Shown: positions 6,970 through 10,301 of the stretch, one piece after another | How positions within the stretch are numbered: the first letter of the stretch is position 1 | How the letters are laid out: each line of letters begins with the position of its first letter | NCBI GenBank assembly: GCA_034440375.1 | Contig: JAWXBZ010000055.1 | Coordinates: 1-10,301, forward strand | Length of the DNA: 10,301 nt | From: Candidatus Eiseniibacteriota bacterium | GTDB lineage: Bacteria; Eisenbacteria; RBG-16-71-46; JABDJR01; JAWXBZ01 | Direction: 5' to 3' | The notes under the pieces: generated by a model | What the model saw: the letters and a program-made list of their open reading frames with translations, nothing else | Told to the model about the DNA's origin: nothing | The model's database searches: none | Made by a program: the position numbers and the translations under genes

Positions 6970-7950
6970 ATGGCGAAACGCGACTATTACGAGGTGCTGG
7001 GCGTAGCCGAAAACGCCACTCCGGATCAGGTCAAGAAGGCTTTTCGGACCCTGGCCAAGAAGTACCACCCGGACGCCAACCGGAACGATCCATCGGCTGA
7101 ATCCAGGTTCAAGGAGGCGGGTGAAGCGTTCGAGGTGCTTTCCGATCCGGAGAAGCGGCAACAGTACGATCGGATGAAGCGCTACGGCGCCGGGTTGAGC
7201 GGTCGCGGCGGGTTTTCCGGCGGTGGTTTCCCCGAGGGGTCCGAGGGATTCGATCCGGGGACGTTCCGATCCGGCGGGTTTCGCGGTGAAACGATTGACC
7301 TGAGCGATCTCTTCAGCGGCGGCGGCGGCCGCGGTACGGGCGATATTTTCGAGCACCTGTTCGGCGGCCGTCAGCAGCAGGCCGAGCCGGAACCCAATCG
7401 GGATATCGAAGTCAGCCTCAATGTTCCCGCCCACGTGGCCGCCAAGGGGGGCTTCGCCCGGTTCAGCGTACGGCGCCACGCGGCCTGCCGAACCTGCGAT
7501 GGCACGGGCGCCGCGCCTGGCCAATCCGCCGTAACCTGCAAGACCTGCAGCGGGCGCGGCAGCGTCGTGCAGAACCGCGGCGGTTTTTCAGTCAGCCGCA
7601 CCTGCCCGCGCTGCCTGGGCCGGGGCAAGGTCATCGAGAAGCCGTGTCCGGCCTGCGAGGGAGAGGGAATGCGCTACGACGAGCGCAAGTTGCGGGTGAA
7701 GATTCCCGCCACAGCCTCGAACGGCCAGAAACTCCGACTGCGCGGCCAGGGACACGCCGGCCTGGAAGGCGGACCAGCGGGTGATCTCATCGTGACGCTG
7801 CTCGTCCTGCCGGCCGCGGCTGACGCCAGCAAGGCCGCGCCCAACGCCAGCAAGACCGGGACCGACGATGGAAAGGCCGCGCCCGACGACAGCAAGACCG
7901 GGACCGACGATGGAAAGGCCGCGCCCGACGACAACAAGGCCGGAGCCTGA
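6970..7950 (+). CDS. dnaJ: DnaJ class A co-chaperone, C-terminally truncated (J domain, G/F region, zinc finger, CTD I; no CTD II or dimerisation helix)
   Basis: 'KRDYYEVLGV', HPD motif, G/F-rich linker, four CxxCxGxG motifs (CRTCDGTG, CKTCSGRG, CPRCLGRG, CPACEGEG) and 'LRLRGQG...GPAGDLIV', followed by a repeat-encoded tail. Confidence 0.92.
   Translation: MAKRDYYEVLGVAENATPDQVKKAFRTLAKKYHPDANRNDPSAESRFKEAGEAFEVLSDPEKRQQYDRMKRYGAGLSGRGGFSGGGFPEGSEGFDPGTFRSGGFRGETIDLSDLFSGGGGRGTGDIFEHLFGGRQQQAEPEPNRDIEVSLNVPAHVAAKGGFARFSVRRHAACRTCDGTGAAPGQSAVTCKTCSGRGSVVQNRGGFSVSRTCPRCLGRGKVIEKPCPACEGEGMRYDERKLRVKIPATASNGQKLRLRGQGHAGLEGGPAGDLIVTLLVLPAAADASKAAPNASKTGTDDGKAAPDDSKTGTDDGKAAPDDNKAGA
7822..7947 (+). 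repeat. Tandem repeat: six 21-bp units with 42-bp higher-order alternation
   Basis: GACGCCAGCAAGGCCGCGCCC / AACGCCAGCAAGACCGGGACC / GACGATGGAAAGGCCGCGCCC / GACGACAGCAAGACCGGGACC / GACGATGGAAAGGCCGCGCCC / GACGACAACAAGGCCGGAGCC, ending immediately at the dnaJ stop TGA. Confidence 0.95.
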
Positions 7951-7984
7951 TCGCCGGCCGGCCAGCGGTCGACGAACCCGGCGC

Positions 7985-9823
7985 ATGACGACCCGCGGCC
8001 GCCCCTCCGCATCAACGCTGGTGGTGCCGGCCTACCTGGTCCTCACACTCCTCCTGACCTGGCCGCTGGCGCGTGAATTTGGCCGGGCCATCCCGGCGGT
8101 CTTCGGCGCGCTCGACCCGCTGCTCCAGAGCTTCCTGCTGGGTTGGGACTGGCAGGTACTTCTCAGCGAGCCCGGCCGGCTCTTTCACCCCCCGATCTTT
8201 CACCCGCACCCGCGGGCGCTGACCTTCATGGATCACCTCGTGGGCGAAGCCATCCTTGCCTGGCCCATCGCGCTTCTCACCGGCCGGACGGCGCCGGCGT
8301 ACAACACGCTGGTGGTGCTCTCCTTCATCCTGAGCGGCTGGTTCACCTACCGGCTGGCGCGGGGGATGGGCCTCTCGCGGCCCGCGTCATTCCTTGGTGG
8401 ACTGGTCTTCGCTTTCGGGCCGTACCGCTATGCGAACCTGGGCAATCTCAACCAGCTCCAGACGCAGTTGCTGCCGCTGGGACTTCACCTGGCCCTTCGA
8501 TGTCATCGGCGGCAACGCCTCGGCGACATGGCCGGAGTTTTCCTGGTCCTGGTCGTGCAGTCCTGGTTCGGCTGGTACTACTTTTTTCACCTGGCCCTCG
8601 CCACGGGGCTCATCTTTCTCCACGAAGCGGCCCGGGGTCGACGAGGCTGGCGCGCACAAGACAGCGGCAGGATCCTCCTCATGGGGCTGGCGGCGATCGC
8701 GCTGGTCCTCCCATGGTACTGGCCCTACTGGGAGCAGCAGCGATTGATGCCCGCGTTTCGGCGAACGATCGGCATGACGGCGCTCTGGTCGGCGGACCTG
8801 ACCGACTATTTCAAGGTGAACGTGGAGAATGCCTGGGGCCAGTTCTGGCCGGGAGGAAGCGGTGCGCAGGGGTTCTGGCCCGGGTTCCTGGCCGTGCCGC
8901 TGGCGCTCGTCGGGTTGGTGGCGGTGCTTGGAGGCCGAGTCGCGACTACTGTCGAGCGAATCATATCGCGGGCTGATTCAACCATCGCTCGATCGCCCTG
9001 GCTTTCGATTCGCGCCGCGCGATGGTGGTTCGCGCGCGCGGAATCCCTGGCCCGTCGAACCGGCGAAAGTGGTGCGCTTCTTCTGGTGGGTTTCGCCGGC
9101 TGGATACTCTCCCTGGGTCCGATTCTGCAGGTGGCCGGTCATCGCACGGTTGTGCCGCTTCCCTTTGCTGTGGGCTTCCTGCTCGTACCGGGATTTTCCA
9201 GCATGCGCGCGCCGAGCCGGTTCGCGGTGCTGGTTCTCCTGTCCGCGGCGGTCCTGGCCTCGATCGGTTACGACCGGCTTCGACGGTCGCGCTGGTTCAG
9301 CGGTCGCAATCGCGGGGCACTGCTTTTTGCTTTCGCCCTGTCGCTGGGGATCGCGGGGGCCTGGCCGCTTGACTTGCCCATGACGCCGGCCCCGCATCGC
9401 ACCGACATGCCGCCGGTATATGCCTGGCTGGCCAACCAGTCGGATCGTGATCCGCTCGTCGAGATTCCGATGCCGAAGTGGGTGGTCGACGAAAATCCGA
9501 CCCATGCGCGGCGCCAGGCCTGGCTCCTGGAACACCGGCATCCGCGCCTCGACGGTGTCAGCGGTTTTGTACCGCCCGATTATGAAAATTTGCGGCTGGT
9601 CATGCAGGGTTTTCCGCGCCCGGGAACGCTGGCGGCGCTGGAGCGGTATGGCGCCGGCTGGGTGATTGTCCACTACGGCGATTACGAGGCAAAGACGTCG
9701 GCCCGACTCGAACAGGCGGTGGCGGCCTCGCCGCAGCTGGCGCCGGCGGCGCGATTCGGTTCGGACGCCATCTACCGGCTCGTGCCGGTGGGAAGCGCCG
9801 GCGAATCCCAGTTCAATCGGTAG
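7985..9823 (+). CDS. Polytopic membrane protein, YfhO-like / GT-C-fold glycosyltransferase-like
   Basis: About 12 hydrophobic segments, N-terminal loop 'DP....L.W......LFHPPIFHPHPRALTFMDHL', 'AYN', 'GGLVFAFGPYR', 'MRAPSRF' and soluble C-terminus 'DGVSGFVP...VIVH...YRL'. Start placed at ATG 7985 because the ORF-track start (7868) lies within the dnaJ repeat; no clear RBS. Confidence 0.75.
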   Translation: MTTRGRPSASTLVVPAYLVLTLLLTWPLAREFGRAIPAVFGALDPLLQSFLLGWDWQVLLSEPGRLFHPPIFHPHPRALTFMDHLVGEAILAWPIALLTGRTAPAYNTLVVLSFILSGWFTYRLARGMGLSRPASFLGGLVFAFGPYRYANLGNLNQLQTQLLPLGLHLALRCHRRQRLGDMAGVFLVLVVQSWFGWYYFFHLALATGLIFLHEAARGRRGWRAQDSGRILLMGLAAIALVLPWYWPYWEQQRLMPAFRRTIGMTALWSADLTDYFKVNVENAWGQFWPGGSGAQGFWPGFLAVPLALVGLVAVLGGRVATTVERIISRADSTIARSPWLSIRAARWWFARAESLARRTGESGALLLVGFAGWILSLGPILQVAGHRTVVPLPFAVGFLLVPGFSSMRAPSRFAVLVLLSAAVLASIGYDRLRRSRWFSGRNRGALLFAFALSLGIAGAWPLDLPMTPAPHRTDMPPVYAWLANQSDRDPLVEIPMPKWVVDENPTHARRQAWLLEHRHPRLDGVSGFVPPDYENLRLVMQGFPRPGTLAALERYGAGWVIVHYGDYEAKTSARLEQAVAASPQLAPAARFGSDAIYRLVPVGSAGESQFNR

Positions 9824-9975
9824 ACGCTCGCGGAACCCAGGTCCTCCTCCAGTTCCAGCTCGGGATACTGTGAAAGCCGTGCTTCCAAGGGCCGCCCGAT
9901 GACATGGGTTGTCAGGTGCCGGGTCAGCGGCCAGGTGCTGACGATTTGCCAGAATCGTGAAGAAGAGTCCGACAA
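9772..9975 (-). pseudogene. Probable remnant of the C-terminus of a paralogous YfhO/GT-C-like gene in convergent orientation
   Basis: RPLEARLSQYPELELEEDLGSASVYRL (9894-9814, -) aligns without gaps to ARLEQAVAASPQLAPAARFGSDAIYRL (9701-9781, +) with 9/27 identities. Confidence 0.45.
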
Positions 9976-10032
9976 GCAGGAATTCCGGTCGTGTCGCGTT
10001 CAAATGGATCCGATGGGAAAGAGGTCGGCGGC

Positions 10033-10061
10033 TTGTGCCTGTGGATAGGCACACTCATAAT
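10033..10061 (+). promoter_or_regulatory. Putative sigma70 promoter for murQ overlapped by a palindromic operator
   Basis: TTGTGC (10033-10038), 17-nt spacer, CATAAT (10056-10061). Perfect inverted repeat TGTGCCT-N6-AGGCACA at 10034-10053. Confidence 0.5.
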
Positions 10062-10147
10062 AGTCGAGATGGTGCCAGACCGTCGCTGTCGATCGCGCGC
10101 GGCCGGATGCACATGATCACGACTGGAACGGGGAGTGGGACGCCAAC

Positions 10148-10301
10148 GTGACGGGCGATCGCCGGGTCTTTGAGGAAGTTTCGGGACTTGCCACCGAGCA
10201 GCGGAATCCGCGCACGATGGATCTCGACCGGCTGGCCGTTCGTCCGCTGCTCGAACGAATCAACGCCGAGGATCGTCTCGTCGCCGACATCGTGGCCGGC
10301 G
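10148..10301 (+). CDS. murQ: N-acetylmuramic acid 6-phosphate etherase (3' partial; not in ORF track)
   Basis: Translation from GTG 10148: MTGDRRVFEEVSGLATEQRNPRTMDLDRLAVRPLLERINAEDRLVADIVAG, matching the MurQ N-terminus (L.TE.RNP.T..LD.L.....L..IN.ED..V). Purine-rich GGGAGTGGGA upstream. Confidence 0.88.
   Translation, partial: MTGDRRVFEEVSGLATEQRNPRTMDLDRLAVRPLLERINAEDRLVADIVAG

Noticed and set aside
7822-7947. Possible CRISPR array
   Set aside because: Units are contiguous with no unique spacers, lie in frame within dnaJ, and no cas genes are present.
7868-7984. N-terminal extension of the 651-aa membrane protein ORF
   Set aside because: It is an alternative-frame reading of the dnaJ tandem repeat; ATG 7985, just before the first hydrophobic helix, is more plausible.
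9936-9951. Minus-strand GG-N10-GC (TGGCAAATCGTCAGCA)
   Set aside because: Poor match outside the dinucleotides and no intact gene downstream; expected by chance.
10040-10048. DnaA-box-like TGTGGATAG (one mismatch)
   Set aside because: Single imperfect copy with no box cluster or origin-associated genes; better explained as part of the palindrome.
8978-10054. 358-aa minus-strand ORF and other overlapping Arg/Pro-rich ORFs (e.g. 1588..2271, 6862..7524, 8143..8976)
   Set aside because: They overlap well-supported genes, have the low-complexity composition typical of off-frame GC-rich DNA, and show no recognisable motifs.

Overview
GC-rich bacterial (diderm-type DnaK) chromosomal window centred on a chaperone cluster. 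Gene order: 3' end of an ACAD9/VLCAD-like acyl-CoA dehydrogenase (+); a convergent two-gene unit (small conserved membrane protein plus general-stress/pyridoxamine-5'-phosphate-oxidase-like protein, -) behind a near-consensus sigma54 promoter; a DUF4126-like membrane protein (-); a small single-pass protein and a sigma54 enhancer-binding protein (bEBP) with no sensory domain (+); an AT-rich control region with phased palindromes, an IHF consensus and a -24/-12 sigma54 promoter; hsp20-dnaK-DUF1844-like-dnaJ with no grpE or hrcA in the cluster and a C-terminally truncated DnaJ ending in a 21/42-bp tandem repeat; a YfhO/GT-C-like polytopic membrane protein followed by an inverted remnant resembling its own C-terminus; and the 5' end of murQ. 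The best candidate for an undescribed system is a sigma54-dependent chaperone/stress module driven by the adjacent sensor-less bEBP. Family assignments come from motif recognition only; no searches were run.
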